Below, one piece after another: positions 31,786 through 41,779 of a stretch of 64,000 bases of DNA. A program made the translations under genes and the position numbers. The notes under the pieces were generated by a model that searched no databases, was not told the DNA's origin, and worked only from the letters and a program-made list of their open reading frames with translations. Each line of letters opens with the position of its first letter. Position 1 is the stretch's first letter. The stretch spans positions 512,001 to 576,000 of the forward strand of contig CBDFKD010000002.1 in the NCBI GenBank assembly GCA_965248695.1, written 5' to 3'. Source of the DNA: Acidobacteriota bacterium. Its GTDB lineage: Bacteria > Acidobacteriota > UBA890 > WLXD01.

Positions 31786-33284
31786 TACATGCCTCCGGCA
31801 GCGTCGGCCGCCGGCGGTTCCTGTAACGCGCTCAGCTGGCCGCTGAAGCGTCGCTGGATCCGCCGTTGGACGGCGCCGAGCCCAGGACCGTACACGTACC
31901 AGGGACCGCCGCTGGCGAGCGTCTCGAGCAACGCCGGCGAGCCTGGCGCCACTGACCTCCACTCGAGCCCCGCCTCGCCGATGGCCACCCGGCGGTCGCC
32001 GTCGACCTCGGAGCGGGTCGGATCGCCGATGAACAGGATTCCACGGATTCCGCGTGGCGCCAGGAACGCGCCGAGCTCGACGCGCGTTGGCCTCGGTCCG
32101 AGGACCACGTTCGCAGCCACCACTTGTGCCTGCCCGGCGAGCATCGGCGTGCGAAAGCTACGCGGCGCGACCGACGCCAGGCCGGTGTGGTAGGCGAGCC
32201 GGAAGGACTCGCTCACCTGCCCTTCGGACCGGAATGCGTGCACGAGCACAGGTCGAGGGAGTCGACGAACTCGATCCGCCACTGCGAGCACCGCTGCCGG
32301 GTCGAGGTTGCTCCATGACAGCGGCATCAGCGTATAGGGCATCGAGTAGGAGTCCATGATCTGGCGCTCCTTGTCGATCCATTCAGCGTCGTCACGCACA
32401 TCGGGGTCCAGCAACGACACGACGTGCTCGAAGGTGCCGTCGACGATCACGTTGAAGAACTCTTCGTCAGTGGGGTACGGGGTGAGGTAGACGTCACGGT
32501 CGATCCGGTGGACGGCGCCGCGTTCGAACGCCGACATGGTGAACTCGGGGCGCTCCCGATCAGCGCTGCCGTCGGCCACACGGTCGACACCGTACGAACG
32601 TTCGATCATTTGTCGGACGGCGCCGACTCGATCCTTGCCGAGATAGCAGTGGATGTAAAATCGTCCGCCGGTCTGATCCACCAACGTCCGAATCGTAGCC
32701 AGGGACTCCGCGTTGTCCGACACCCACGGCAACATCGGCGCATGGATCAGCTTCACTCCGAACTCGGCCGCGAGCTCCCGTTCCTGCTCCAGCAAGGTCG
32801 GCTCGAATGGAACGATGGCGGGATGCAGGAGCGTGATGACGCCCGCATACCCCTCGTCGACGAGTTGCTGGAAACGCGCTCGATCCGGATAGGGTCCGAA
32901 GGTGAAGCGGGCCACCGATGAGACCTCGGTGGTCTGCAGGATCATCATCGCCGCAGGCGTCATCCATAGCCACAGACAGCCTGCCGCCGCCGCCCAGGCG
33001 ATCGCCGGAAGGCCGTAGCGGATCTGCTGGCGCTCGGTGGCAAAGATCCATCGTGACAGCTTCCAACTGAGCCAGCCGGACAACGTTACGTAGACGGCGA
33101 TGACCGTCAACACCGCGAGCTTCTCGATGCTGTCGCCCCAGCCCCCGTCGCGCAGCAAGCTTGTCAGCCAGCGAACCGGCACGAGCAAGGTGAAGGTGCC
33201 GGCAGCGAAGCCGACCGCCAGCCACATCGCCGCAAAGACCCCGACGAACCTGGGCGACAGGTCTCCGATCATGGGTAGCTTCAT
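31785..33284 (-). CDS. Membrane-anchored protein with tandem PTP/DSP phosphatase-like domains
   Basis: Three N-terminal TMs; FGPYP...HCYLGKDR (CX5R); second copy TPYP...HAFRSEG is degenerate. Confidence 0.78.
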   Translation of the reverse strand: MKLPMIGDLSPRFVGVFAAMWLAVGFAAGTFTLLVPVRWLTSLLRDGGWGDSIEKLAVLTVIAVYVTLSGWLSWKLSRWIFATERQQIRYGLPAIAWAAAAGCLWLWMTPAAMMILQTTEVSSVARFTFGPYPDRARFQQLVDEGYAGVITLLHPAIVPFEPTLLEQERELAAEFGVKLIHAPMLPWVSDNAESLATIRTLVDQTGGRFYIHCYLGKDRVGAVRQMIERSYGVDRVADGSADRERPEFTMSAFERGAVHRIDRDVYLTPYPTDEEFFNVIVDGTFEHVVSLLDPDVRDDAEWIDKERQIMDSYSMPYTLMPLSWSNLDPAAVLAVADRVRRLPRPVLVHAFRSEGQVSESFRLAYHTGLASVAPRSFRTPMLAGQAQVVAANVVLGPRPTRVELGAFLAPRGIRGILFIGDPTRSEVDGDRRVAIGEAGLEWRSVAPGSPALLETLASGGPWYVYGPGLGAVQRRIQRRFSGQLSALQEPPAADAAGGM

Positions 33285-33293
33285 GACACCGCC

Positions 33294-34550
33294 TCAGAAC
33301 CTGCGAGAGACGGTGGTTGAGAACGTGAACCAGTTGCGCTCGCGCGCGTGGGTCAACTCTTCCCAGCTGTACCCGGCACCGAACTTGACGATCGTGTAGT
33401 CGCCCAGTGCCTTGGAGTAGACGGCGCTGACCTTGCGCGAGTTCAACCGCTCCAGGTCGAAGACGCTGATTACGTCTGTCGGTGACGACCCGAACCCACC
33501 GGTCACGCCCAGGTAGCTGTCGCGATTGCCGAAGTAGCGTCGTACCGTCAGCGCGTACGAACGTGACGCGCTCACGTCCTTGGGTGTGATGTAGGGCCGC
33601 AGTGAGATCCACCAGCTGCCGACATACTTGGCGACCGTGCCGGTGTAGATCGTCACCTGGGAGCTGGCGAACTCGAGCCGGCGGAAGCCGGCCGACAGCT
33701 CGATACCGTGCGGCAGGTTGGCATAGAGCTCACCGGAGTAGCGTTGGCGCGGATACAGCGAGTCGTCCGAGTAGCCGTAGCTCACATAGGCATACATGCC
33801 ATCGATCAGCCGCGGATACGCCTCGATCTCGAATTGCTTCGCCTGTTTGCCGAACCGCTGTGACCAGTTCCCACGCAGGATGATGGATCCGAGCGGCGTA
33901 CGGCGGTTGAGCGACACAGTGGCGCCATGCCAGGGAATCGAGAGCGTATCGGCATCGGTGTAGCCGTAACCGATCGCGAACTTGTTGACCGATCGCTTCA
34001 GTCGGATGCTGGAGTACAGCCGCGCGCCGCGCTGGTGTCCGGGGTTGCGATCGAGCAGACGATCAAGCGTCAACGATGCGGCGCCGAGATCATCCAGCTT
34101 GCGCTCTGCAGTTGCCTTCTTGAACAGGAAGTCCTCGTGGTTCGGATCGCGCGACAGGCCCTCGTCCACATACTCGAGGGCGCGCTCGGGATGATCCGAC
34201 CAAAGCTCGACATCGACCAGCGCGTTGCGTGCGTCTGCGTAGCCCGGCTTGGCACGGACCACGACCAGAAGCTCTTTGCGGGCCTCGTCGTGTCGTCCGT
34301 CCCAGGCATACAAGCGGCCCAACATGATGCGTGCGTCCCAGTGCCTCGGGGACTCCTCGATGAGCTCGGTGAGGATCGCCCGTGCCGCGTCGCGCTCACC
34401 TGAGAAAGCGAGCTCGCGAGCCCGATCGAAGCGGTCTTGGGCCGCCAGCGCGACCGAGCTCAGCGACACGAAGACGATGGAAAGCATCAAGAGACGGGCC
34501 ACGCGGCGGCCGCCGATCCCGGTCTCGTCTGACGTTCTTTGCGTCAACAT
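33294..34550 (-). CDS. yaiO: YaiO family outer-membrane beta-barrel with N-terminal TPRs
   Basis: Signal peptide, TPRs (LGRLYAW, ELW), EAYP, Y.GELY, C-terminal F. Confidence 0.85.
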   Translation of the reverse strand: MLTQRTSDETGIGGRRVARLLMLSIVFVSLSSVALAAQDRFDRARELAFSGERDAARAILTELIEESPRHWDARIMLGRLYAWDGRHDEARKELLVVVRAKPGYADARNALVDVELWSDHPERALEYVDEGLSRDPNHEDFLFKKATAERKLDDLGAASLTLDRLLDRNPGHQRGARLYSSIRLKRSVNKFAIGYGYTDADTLSIPWHGATVSLNRRTPLGSIILRGNWSQRFGKQAKQFEIEAYPRLIDGMYAYVSYGYSDDSLYPRQRYSGELYANLPHGIELSAGFRRLEFASSQVTIYTGTVAKYVGSWWISLRPYITPKDVSASRSYALTVRRYFGNRDSYLGVTGGFGSSPTDVISVFDLERLNSRKVSAVYSKALGDYTIVKFGAGYSWEELTHARERNWFTFSTTVSRRF

Positions 34551-34603
34551 TCGAACCTCCTTGCGATGATCTGCGTAGCTGCGGGCTCAAATCCGGCCCG
34601 GAA
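34547..34603 (-). pseudogene. Probable 3' stub of a glycosyltransferase gene
   Basis: Reads RAGFEPAATQIIARRFEC* with the stop overlapping the yaiO ATG; RxGF resembles the usual GT2 C-terminus in HEAT-GT-YaiO operons. Confidence 0.45.
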
Positions 34604-34668
34604 TCCGTACCTGTTCGGGGCTGACCTCGACGGCTTGCTCGCCGCTCTCGGGATCATCGCGAGATAAC
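34602..34668 (+). pseudogene. 3' stub of head decoration protein gene
   Basis: NPYLFGADLDGLLAALGIIAR* directly before the capsid gene; L..LGIIAR ending typical of lambda-D-like proteins. Confidence 0.55.
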
Positions 34669-34684
34669 GATGGGGAGATAGACG

Positions 34685-35680
34685 ATGCCACTGCTGGATA
34701 TCTTCAACGACGATGCCTTCTCGTGGGTCTCGCTCACCGACGGCATCATCAAGGCGCCGTATCGACCGGGGCGTATCGGGACTCTCGGGCTGTTTCGAGA
34801 CTCTGGGATTACAACGACCACGGTCGTGGTGGAGGAAAAGGACGGTCGCCTGGAGCTGATCGCCACGAGCCCGCGCGGCGGTCCGGCCGAAACCATCGGC
34901 GCTCAGAAGCGCACGGCTCGCAGCTTCCTGGTCCCGCACCTGGAGAAGGAGTCCACGGTGTTGGCCGATGCGGTGCAGGGCGTGCGCGCGTTCGGCTCCG
35001 AGAGCGAATCGGAAAGCCTCGAGGGACTCATCAACGAGCGCCTGATCGACCTGCGGGCGATGCACGAGGTGACGCTGGAGCATCTGCGGGTCGGTGCGAT
35101 CAAGGGCAAGGTGCTCGATGCCGACGGCTCGGCGGAGCTGTTCAACCTCTTTACCGAGTTCAATGTGTCGCAGCAGACCAAGGACATCGCGCTGTCAAGC
35201 GACAGTACTGATGTGCGCGGCGAGTGCGTCGCCATCCAGCGGCTATCGGAAGGCGAGCTTGGCGCCGAGATGGTGACCGGGTACCGGGCCTTCTGCGGTG
35301 ACGATTTCTTTGACGAGTTCGTTGCCCACGCCAAGGTCGCCGAGTCGCTCAAGTACCAAGAGGCGCAGCTGCTGCGTACCGATCTGAGGTCCGGGTTCGA
35401 GTACGGCGGCATCACGTGGGAAAACTACCGCGGCAAGGTCGGCAACGTGAGCTTCTTCCCGAGCACCGAGGCGTTCGTGGTGCCGATCGGGACCGGGATC
35501 TTCCGTACGTACTTCGCCCCGGCCGACTTCATCGAGACGGTCAACACGCTGGGCCGTCCGGTGTACGCCAAGCTCGTTGCCGACAACGAGCTGAACCGCT
35601 GGAGCAAAGTGCACACGCAGAGCAACCCGCTGTGCCTGTGCCTGCAGCCACGAGCGGTGATCCGGGTGACCAAGAGCTAG
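34685..35680 (+). CDS. Major capsid protein (lambda E family)
   Basis: DIFNDDAFS..SLT, RGGP, TLEHLRVGAIKG.VLDADG, FAPADFIETVNTLG.P.YAK, QSNPL. Confidence 0.93.
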   Translation: MPLLDIFNDDAFSWVSLTDGIIKAPYRPGRIGTLGLFRDSGITTTTVVVEEKDGRLELIATSPRGGPAETIGAQKRTARSFLVPHLEKESTVLADAVQGVRAFGSESESESLEGLINERLIDLRAMHEVTLEHLRVGAIKGKVLDADGSAELFNLFTEFNVSQQTKDIALSSDSTDVRGECVAIQRLSEGELGAEMVTGYRAFCGDDFFDEFVAHAKVAESLKYQEAQLLRTDLRSGFEYGGITWENYRGKVGNVSFFPSTEAFVVPIGTGIFRTYFAPADFIETVNTLGRPVYAKLVADNELNRWSKVHTQSNPLCLCLQPRAVIRVTKS

Positions 35681-35692
35681 GCAACGGAGCTG

Positions 35693-36085
35693 ATGCGCAT
35701 CATCGCACTGGAGTCGATGGACTTGTCGGCCGCGGGAGCCGTGCTGGCGCTGCGGGCCGGCAACAGTATCGATGCTTCAGAAGACATCGCTGTGATCGCC
35801 ATCAAGCATGGCTTCGCCGAACCGGTTGACGAAGCAGAGGTCGTCCCGGAGCCGGAGCTGGAAGACGATGAGGGGCTCGACGAGGCCGAGTGGCCGGGCG
35901 ATTTGTCGACGAAGGCTATCGAAGCACTCGAGGCGACCGACTTCGGGCCGGAGGATATCGAGTCCACCAGTGACGAGGAGCTGCTGGCACTCAGCGGCCT
36001 CGGCCCCGCGGCGCTCCGCATTTTGCGCGAGGTGTTCGGCGGACCACCACCAGACCAACAGCCTGCGGCTAGCGGTGACCGATGA
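35693..36085 (+). CDS. Phage hypothetical protein with C-terminal HhH-like motif
   Basis: SDEELLALSGLGPAA; located after the capsid gene. Confidence 0.65.
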   Translation: MRIIALESMDLSAAGAVLALRAGNSIDASEDIAVIAIKHGFAEPVDEAEVVPEPELEDDEGLDEAEWPGDLSTKAIEALEATDFGPEDIESTSDEELLALSGLGPAALRILREVFGGPPPDQQPAASGDR

Positions 36086-36429
36086 GCGATTCGCTGGCCG
36101 ATCTGGTAACGGACAGTGTCATCGGCGGCGGTCTTTTGCCTCTGTCGGTCACCGCGACGGTAACGATCCCGGGCGGCGATGCTGTCGAGGGCATCAACGC
36201 CTGTTGGGAAGTGATCGAGCTGTTCGATACACCGGCGGGCTCGATGCTACAGCGCACCGAGCCGCTGCGCACGCTGTGGTTGCGCCGCGCCGACGTGGCG
36301 CAGGTGCCTCGCGGCACGATCATCGAAGCGCCGGAAAAGAGCGGAGGGACGGTCCAGCGATGGCACGTCGACAAGGTTGAGCAGATGAGCGCCACGGCGA
36401 TCCAGGTCGTCGTTGTGCCGCGGAGCTGA
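36082..36429 (+). CDS. Probable head-tail joining protein
   Basis: Position, size, beta-rich sequence, overlapping start/stop. Confidence 0.6.
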   Translation: MSDSLADLVTDSVIGGGLLPLSVTATVTIPGGDAVEGINACWEVIELFDTPAGSMLQRTEPLRTLWLRRADVAQVPRGTIIEAPEKSGGTVQRWHVDKVEQMSATAIQVVVVPRS

Positions 36430-36430
36430 C

Positions 36431-36691
36431 ATGAAGATCCAAGCGCAGCGGCCATGCGAGTTTACCGACGGCGATGGCCAACACCGGCGACTCCGGGCCG
36501 GCGAGCTCGTCGAGGACCTTGCGGACCGGAGCGCGGCCGCGCTTATCGCCTCTGGTGCCGCGGTACGAGTCGAACCCATCGAGGTGCCGCCTGAACCGGA
36601 GGCCGGCCCGGAGGCCGAGGCACCGCCTGAGCCGGAGCCGCGCCGGAAGCGTCCGCCGCAGCGACCGCACAAGAAGCCCAAGGGCGAATGA
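36431..36691 (+). CDS. Phage hypothetical protein
   Basis: Coupled ORF; L.AGE.VEDL...A..LIASGAA with Pro/Glu-rich tail. Confidence 0.55.
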   Translation: MKIQAQRPCEFTDGDGQHRRLRAGELVEDLADRSAAALIASGAAVRVEPIEVPPEPEAGPEAEAPPEPEPRRKRPPQRPHKKPKGE

Positions 36692-36694
36692 TAA

Positions 36695-37168
36695 ATGTCA
36701 GACTCGTCGCCGCGCCAACAGCTATTGGAGGCAGTGCGCGAGCGCCTGAGCGGAATCAGCACCGCCGACGGCTACCACACCGACGCCGGCCGGACGGTGT
36801 ACTTCGGCGAGGCGCCGATGTTGAGCCCGGGCGACGAGGCCGACACGGCGATCCTGTTGCGTGCGGGGCCGGACGAGGTCACGCACCTGGGAGCCAATGT
36901 GACGCGCGCGATCCAGCTGCAGATCGCAGCTTTGGCCCGTGCGGACCTGTCGGAGCCCTGGGTCGCGGCGGAGCGCGTGCTGGCCGACGTGCAGCGGATC
37001 ATCGAGAGCAGCGACCGCGCCGCCCGCACGCTTGGCGAGCGGGCGAAATGGCAGGGTCTGGAGCCTGGCCAGATCGACACGCTCGAGCGCGAGGAAGGTG
37101 CCACGACGGTGGCGGTCGAGATCACCTACACGGCGACCTACACGGTGGCTCGAGGCGGCGGCGCATGA
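36695..37168 (+). CDS. Probable tail terminator/completion protein
   Basis: RL..I..A.GY.TDAG N-terminus; position in the tail module. Confidence 0.7.
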   Translation: MSDSSPRQQLLEAVRERLSGISTADGYHTDAGRTVYFGEAPMLSPGDEADTAILLRAGPDEVTHLGANVTRAIQLQIAALARADLSEPWVAAERVLADVQRIIESSDRAARTLGERAKWQGLEPGQIDTLEREEGATTVAVEITYTATYTVARGGGA

Positions 37169-37701
37169 ACCTCCGTATCAGCATGGACACGAAGCCGGCT
37201 CTGCGCTCCCTGGCAAACCTAAAACGCCAGGCACCGAAGGCCCTGGCGAAGTCGCTGAACGGCGGCCGCAACAGCGCGCGAAAGGTGATGGTGCAAGCCG
37301 TGGCGGCGGACATGAAACTGCCGCAGAAACAGATCCTCTCAGTGTTGCGCACCAGCAACGCGACCCCGAAGCGCTTCGTGGCCGAGGTTGCCGCACCGTT
37401 GCGCCGTCTAACGCTCTACAGGTTCAAAGCCACGCAGTTCAAGAAAGGCGTAAAGGCCAACACCGGCCGCGGGCGGCGCCTTTACCCGGGCACGTTCATC
37501 GCCTTCACGCCCGATGGGAAAAAGCAGGTATTCGCTCGCGTGGGCAAGAGCCGCTATCCCATCGCAGTGCGGCGCGGAGTTTCGATCGGCCACGTGTTCA
37601 ACAAGCACGTCGCCGCCGGCCTGTCCCAGGGGGTGGAGCAGTTTCACAAGGATCTCCGTCACGAAATCCAGCGGGCGCTCGACTGGAGCGCGCGGCTATG
37701 A
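37165..37701 (+). CDS. Minor tail protein (lambda Z-like)
   Basis: Basic protein; KALAKSLN, YPGTFIA, VFARVGKSRYPI. Confidence 0.75.
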   Translation: MNLRISMDTKPALRSLANLKRQAPKALAKSLNGGRNSARKVMVQAVAADMKLPQKQILSVLRTSNATPKRFVAEVAAPLRRLTLYRFKATQFKKGVKANTGRGRRLYPGTFIAFTPDGKKQVFARVGKSRYPIAVRRGVSIGHVFNKHVAAGLSQGVEQFHKDLRHEIQRALDWSARL

Positions 37702-37717
37702 ACCGGAGAAGCACACC

Positions 37718-38314
37718 ATGAAGCCCTACGAAATCATCGCCACGCCGTTGAGCGTGTACCTGGCCCCTGTGGGGGAACCGTTCCCAGAAGTCGACGAGGC
37801 CCCTGCCGGAAACTGGGCACAGATCGGAGCCGGCGGCAACCTCAACTACGCCGAGGAAGGCGTTACCGTGGCGCATGGCCAGGAGATCACCGAGTGGAAG
37901 GGTCTAGGCTCCACGGCTCCTCGCAAGGCGTTCCGCACGGCCGAGTCGCTGATGATCAGCCTGATGCTCGCGGACGTTAGCGCCGAGGCCTACCAGGTCG
38001 CCCTCAACCAGAACGCCATCACGACCACGGCGGCCGGGTCCGGCGTGCCGGGCTCCAAGCAGATCAACATGTACCTGGGCCCCACTGTCGATACCCGGGC
38101 GCTGCTGATCCGCGGCCTCAGCGCGTACAACGAAGCCTACGCGGCACAGTGGGAGGTGCCGGTCGTGTACGAGTCCGCCTCGCCCGAGACTGTGTTTGTC
38201 AAAGACGCACCGGCGATGCTGGCGCTGGAGTTCAAGGCGCTCGAGGATCCGGACGCGACGAGCGCCGCGGCGCGCTTCGGGAGCATCCGTCACCAGACGG
38301 CGGTGGCGACGTAA
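37718..38314 (+). CDS. Probable tail tube protein
   Basis: VYLAPVG..FP, W..IG, GVTV.H, LEFKAL; upstream of chaperones and tape measure. Confidence 0.72.
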   Translation: MKPYEIIATPLSVYLAPVGEPFPEVDEAPAGNWAQIGAGGNLNYAEEGVTVAHGQEITEWKGLGSTAPRKAFRTAESLMISLMLADVSAEAYQVALNQNAITTTAAGSGVPGSKQINMYLGPTVDTRALLIRGLSAYNEAYAAQWEVPVVYESASPETVFVKDAPAMLALEFKALEDPDATSAAARFGSIRHQTAVAT

Positions 38315-38316
38315 CG

Positions 38317-38508
38317 GTGGCGCAACGAGCGATCGAGAACCCGGAGCAGCTGGTCGAGGCGCGCAAGGCGCAACTGCGCCGGCAGATCGCCCAGCACAAG
38401 AGGACGCGACAACGGGCCCGCCAGCAGCTACGCGCAGCCGCTGCGGAGCTGCACCGGATCGAGTGCGAATCGCTCGGCATTCAGGTAGTAGAGAGAGCCG
38501 ACCACTAG
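38317..38508 (+). CDS. Small coiled-coil phage protein
   Basis: Short helical ORF between tail tube and chaperone genes. Confidence 0.45.
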   Translation: MAQRAIENPEQLVEARKAQLRRQIAQHKRTRQRARQQLRAAAAELHRIECESLGIQVVERADH

Positions 38509-38537
38509 CGCAACGGCATAGGGAGGAGCCCATAGCC

Positions 38538-38954
38538 ATGAGCAAAAAGCGCACCAGCGACAAGAAGGCGCCGCGCCGGCGCAAGTCACCCACCGAGCCG
38601 TTACTCGATATCGCGGTACTCACCGAGCGGCCAGCCATCAAGATCGGTGGCCGCCGCTACGAGGTCCGTACGCCCAAGGAGCTGCCACTGCTGAAGCTGC
38701 GGCGATTCGAGCTCATGGGACAGCGCCTGCAGGAAATCGGCGCGATCAACCTAGCGGAAGCCACGGACGCCGACGATGCCGAGCTGTCCGGGATCCTCGA
38801 TGACCTGTGTCGGCTGGTGCTCGTGGCGCCGGCTGGTGTGCACGCCAAGCTCGGCGACCTGGACCGGATGGCGATCGTCAACGTTTTTACGGGGAGCCCG
38901 GTATCGCCGGAGCTGAAGGCGGTGACCGGGAGCTCACCGGCGACAACGAAGTAG
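38538..38954 (+). CDS. Tail assembly chaperone G
   Basis: GGAGG RBS; position before tape measure; overlapped by a -1 frame ORF. Confidence 0.7.
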   Translation: MSKKRTSDKKAPRRRKSPTEPLLDIAVLTERPAIKIGGRRYEVRTPKELPLLKLRRFELMGQRLQEIGAINLAEATDADDAELSGILDDLCRLVLVAPAGVHAKLGDLDRMAIVNVFTGSPVSPELKAVTGSSPATTK

Positions 38955-39277
38955 AGGATTGGGGCTTGCTGGCTGCGCGACTGGCGAGATTCTACGGGAC
39001 CGACCCGATGTACTGGCTCCAGGAGGCGCCGCTCGCGATGCTCGAGGCGTCCGTGCGCGCGCTGCCCATTGTGCAGGCGGAGGAGTCGCTCCTGTGGTCG
39101 GATCGGTTGGCTATCGGGACCGGAGCTGCTCGGGAGCACGCGCGTCGTTCGGCACTGCAGAGGTGGCACAAGACCGCCGCGGGCGGGACTCGTGCCAAGC
39201 CGGCGGCACCAGCGATGATCGCCGGATTCGGCATCGAGCTTGTCGGCCTGCCACCGCAGGAGGCACCTGATGCCTAG
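38889..39277 (+). CDS. Tail assembly chaperone T part (GT frameshift extension)
   Basis: Open -1 frame relative to G, running to the tape measure start; slippery GTTTTT at 38883-38888. Confidence 0.6.
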
Positions 39278-40430
39278 CTCACGCCTGGCCGGCGCTGTGC
39301 TGCAGATGAGCGCCGATGCGAGCGCCTTTTTCTCCGACATTGACAAGGTAGAGAAGCGCGTCGGCGGCCTCGGGCTGAAGCTCAAGAAGATCGGCGCCAG
39401 CGCCTCTAGAGCTGGTCGGGCGCTGTCGCTCGGAGTAACGACGCCCCTAGCAGCCTTCGGTGCGGCTGCATTCAAGGCGTCGGCCGAGGCCGAAGAAACC
39501 GCGAACAAGTTCGACGTCGTGATGGGCCCCGCCGCCGATGGGGTGCGTCAGCGGCTCGATGATCTCACCAGCACCATCCCCCTCACGCGATCCGAAATGG
39601 AGGGGCTGGCGGCCGGCATCCAGGACATGCTCGTGCCGATGGGCGTGGCTCGAACCGACGCCGCCGGCATGAGCGCCGACATGGTCGAGCTGGCCGGTGA
39701 CATGGCCGCCTTCAACAACGCGAGCCCGGATCAGGTTTTACAGGACATCCAGTCGGCGCTGGCCGGCAGCTCGGAGCCGATGCGCAAGTACGGCGTTGAC
39801 ACGCGCGTGGCGGCGTTGGAGTCGGTGGCGCTGGCGCACGGCCTCATTGAGCAGGGCGAGGAGCTGGACAATACGACTCGCGCGCAGGCCGTGCTGTTAG
39901 CCATTCAGAAAGACAGCACCGATGCAATGGGAGCCGCTAAGCGAGAGGCCGAAGGGAACGCGGCGTCGGTGCGCTTCCTGTGGCGCAACGTGAAGGATCT
40001 GACGCAGTCCTTCGGCGATGAGCTCGTTCCGGCGATCACGCCGGTGATCCAGAGGCTTGCCGACGCGGTGAAGTGGTTTGGCAGCCTCGAAAAAGGCACC
40101 AAGTCTGCGATCGTACAGGTCGGTGGCTTCGTCGCCGCGCTTGGGCCCGGCCTGTTCGCTCTGGGCAAGCTGACCACGGGCATCGGTGGCGGAATCAGAG
40201 GCCTGCGCGATTTCTCCGGCTGGCTCCGCAAATCGACTATCGCAAAGAAGGCTGCGACTGCCGCCCAATGGCTGCTGAACGTGGCGTTGAACGCAAACCC
40301 GCTTGGTCTCGTTGTGCTGGCTGTAGGGGCACTCGTCGGCGCTTGGGCGCTGTGGGGCGATGAGATCAAAGGATTCCTGTCCGGCGCTTGGAACGCCTGG
40401 CTAACAGCGGTTGAAACGGCGATCGACTAC
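39270..40430 (+). pseudogene. Tape measure protein, truncated at about 387 codons
   Basis: LSLGVTTPL, ANKFDVV.G, D.AAFNN, EPMRKYGV, NANPLGLVV; sequence becomes non-tape-measure-like after TAIDY. Confidence 0.85.
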
Positions 40431-40649
40431 ACAATCCGCGCCGGCCCTACGTCTACGGGCCGATGTTCCCGGGTTAAAGTGACGCTCGTGGATGCCCGCC
40501 GTCGAAGCCTTCCAACGAGATCCCCTGCTGCTGCGCCCACTGTTCCCATGCACTATTGGATTCGTCGGCGGCCTTCTTGGCCTCGAGCCCGAACTCCTGC
40601 CACGCCTCCCGGATCTGCGCTGCTCCTTCTCGTACTCCTTGGCCTTTGT

Positions 40650-41087
40650 CACCAGAACCAAGCCGGCAAAGCAATAGGCCTGATTCTCATAAAAGAACTG
40701 GTCGTTGTCGTCCAAGCCGTTCAGATATGCCTTCCAGTCCTCGTAACTCTCGAACGACACCGGCGCATATAGCGGTTCATGGAGGAACCAGTGACCGATC
40801 TCATGGGCCAACGTGAACCGGTACCTGTTGGAGAGTTTCTCGTTCGAGTACAGAGAGTAGTCAACGTAAATACTCTGCCGGTCAACCGAAAGGAAGCCCT
40901 CGATATCGTGCTGGCTTCGCAGGTGCTCGGTCGGAACGATGTGTAGCCCGATTTTCACATCCACAAGATGCTCGATGGGAACGGGAGGGCTGCGGCTCGG
41001 CCAGTACTTCTGGAGGAACTCGTCCGCGAAGCCCCGCACATCTTCATAGTTCCAGTGCTCAGGGCGAGGCGGGCCTTCCGTCATCAA
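40650..41087 (-). pseudogene. ImmA/IrrE family metallopeptidase with aberrant C-terminus
   Basis: PPVPIE, RYRFTLAHEIGH, ENQAYCFAGLVLV, then unrelated sequence. Confidence 0.8.
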
Positions 41088-41102
41088 GATGAGCGTTGGG
41101 GA

Positions 41103-41471
41103 TCAGGTCTTGCGGATCGTCTGTATCAGGGCCTTGAGTTCCTCGTCGGGCACCGGCTCCCCTCGGACTGTGCGAAAGAAGACGGGAAGCTGCGACACCA
41201 ACTTGTCGTTCTGAAGTACGTCGGGAGGAATCTCTCCTCGGGCGAGCGCAGCAAGATCGAAGAACTCCAACCATTCGTCAGAGCCTTCGTTGAGCGCAAG
41301 GGCATGGGCGTAGGTCGCGAGCTTTTCCGGTGAGCGAGGCGGCGACAGTCGGCCGCGCTCGATCTTGCTGATGTTGCCGGGATCGAAGTCGTGATCGAGG
41401 CAGAACTGCCTAAGACTCTTCCCGGCTTGTCTACGCCTGAGTTCAGCAAAGAAATCGCCGAATCGAGCCAT
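41103..41471 (-). CDS. XRE family HTH regulator (partner of ImmA/IrrE)
   Basis: SLRQFC....DPGNISKIERG..PP; LAALARGEIP. Confidence 0.88.
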   Translation of the reverse strand: MARFGDFFAELRRRQAGKSLRQFCLDHDFDPGNISKIERGRLSPPRSPEKLATYAHALALNEGSDEWLEFFDLAALARGEIPPDVLQNDKLVSQLPVFFRTVRGEPVPDEELKALIQTIRKT

Positions 41472-41723
41472 GACACACCTCCCCCAGTTGGCATTGTCAA
41501 GACTTTACAACACTTGCAACGTCTGATAAAGCGATAAAAGTCCATCTGGCCACGCCTGCGGCGCGAGTATCCCCCGCAAAGCGGTATCGACGGGGCCGGG
41601 GTGCTAAGGGTCAATCTCATTTCGTTTCACGTGCGATTCCAGTGCAAAGCGATACGCTGGTGCGGTGCGAGCAAGCGAGATCCGAGACGTACTCGCGGCC
41701 AAAGAGCGGGCTTGATGAGAACA

Positions 41724-41779
41724 AGAAAAGCGACCGGGGGGAGGTATCGTAGCGAACGAACCTTCCCGGTCGCTTTTCT
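41724..41779. terminator. Perfect 15-bp inverted repeat, probable bidirectional terminator
   Basis: agaaaagcgaccggg ... cccggtcgcttttct. Confidence 0.6.

Noticed and set aside
34685-40430. Gene transfer agent or tailocin rather than prophage
   Set aside because: Linked to repressor, replication and integrase genes, and both ends are broken mid-gene; a remnant or misassembly is simpler
40431-40772. Extension of the tape measure ORF to 510 aa
   Set aside because: Read-through into unrelated sequence, partly antisense to ImmA; not tape-measure-like
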